64,000 nucleotides of DNA, taken from positions 8,415 through 72,414 of the forward strand of contig CACEEO010000001.1 in the NCBI GenBank assembly GCA_902558585.1, in the 5' to 3' direction. Made by a program: the position numbers and the translations under genes. This document shows positions 63,593-64,000 of this stretch, in pieces. The notes under the pieces were generated by a model. That model was not told the DNA's origin. It saw nothing but the letters and a program-made list of their open reading frames with translations, and ran no database searches. This DNA is from an uncultured Pelagibacteraceae bacterium. GTDB taxonomy: Bacteria > Pseudomonadota > Alphaproteobacteria > Pelagibacterales > Pelagibacteraceae. Numbering within the stretch: the first letter of the stretch is position 1; each line of letters begins with the position of its first letter.

Positions 63593-64000
63593 TTTTTATC
63601 TCTTTTTTTTGTAACTTTAGTACCTGGCATACCCATAGTTGATCTACCTTTTGGATAAAGCTTATTTTTTACATCATACTGCCTTATTTTTGGATTTAAT
63701 GTAATTTCTAATTCAGTACTCTCCAATTTTCTTATTTCATCTCGTATTTTAGCAGCTTCTTCAAACTCTAAATTAGACGCAGCTTCTTTCATTTTTTTAT
63801 CCAAGCCTTTGAGATGTTTTTTAAGATTTCCTCCAACATTAGACCCTTCGCTTATTTTAACGTAGTCTTTCTCATAAACACTTTCTAGAATATCACTGAT
63901 TTCTTTTTTTACCGATTTTGCATCTATCTTATGTTTCTTATTATAATCTAATTGAATTTTTCTTCTTCTATCAGTTTCTGCAATTGCTTTTTTTATACTT
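63574..64000 (-). CDS. uvrB: Excinuclease ABC subunit B, C-terminal part (runs off window)
   Basis: Frame open to the window end: AIAETDRRRKIQ..YN, then UVR domain MKEAASNLEFEEAAKIRDEI. Confidence 0.95.
   Translation of the reverse strand, partial: SIKKAIAETDRRRKIQLDYNKKHKIDAKSVKKEISDILESVYEKDYVKISEGSNVGGNLKKHLKGLDKKMKEAASNLEFEEAAKIRDEIRKLESTELEITLNPKIRQYDVKNKLYPKGRSTMGMPGTKVTKKRDKKWKHGK

Overview
AT-rich (roughly 30% GC by eye), extremely gene-dense core-chromosome segment of a streamlined marine alphaproteobacterium. Gene content, near-zero intergenic spacers and the crtIBY-blh retinal cassette point to SAR11/Pelagibacterales; this assignment is an inference. It holds about 67 housekeeping CDSs and one tRNA-Gln(UUG): ribF-ileS-lspA, lipid A genes, an aa3 cytochrome oxidase operon, thrC/thrB, crtI-crtB-crtY-blh, F0 ATP synthase, smc, mutY, ccrM, petABC, rplY/prs, a MarR-OmpR-EnvZ module and uvrB/uvrC. 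I found no prophage, IS, integrase, CRISPR array or obvious genomic island, and no clear new multi-gene system. The most interesting signals are subtle: (1) an 857-aa SMC with intact ATPase heads but no recognisable hinge; (2) a family-4 uracil-DNA glycosylase lacking its Fe-S cysteines and several active-site residues; (3) a ccrM upstream region with three GANTC sites plus an NrdR-box-like element; (4) a tRNA ending 3 nt before the start codon of the CCA-adding enzyme; (5) divergent gene pairs 0-21 bp apart with bidirectional, leaderless promoter geometry; (6) a 41-aa membrane ORF in the cox operon missed by the ORF track. Family assignments come from motif recognition and gene order, not database searches.
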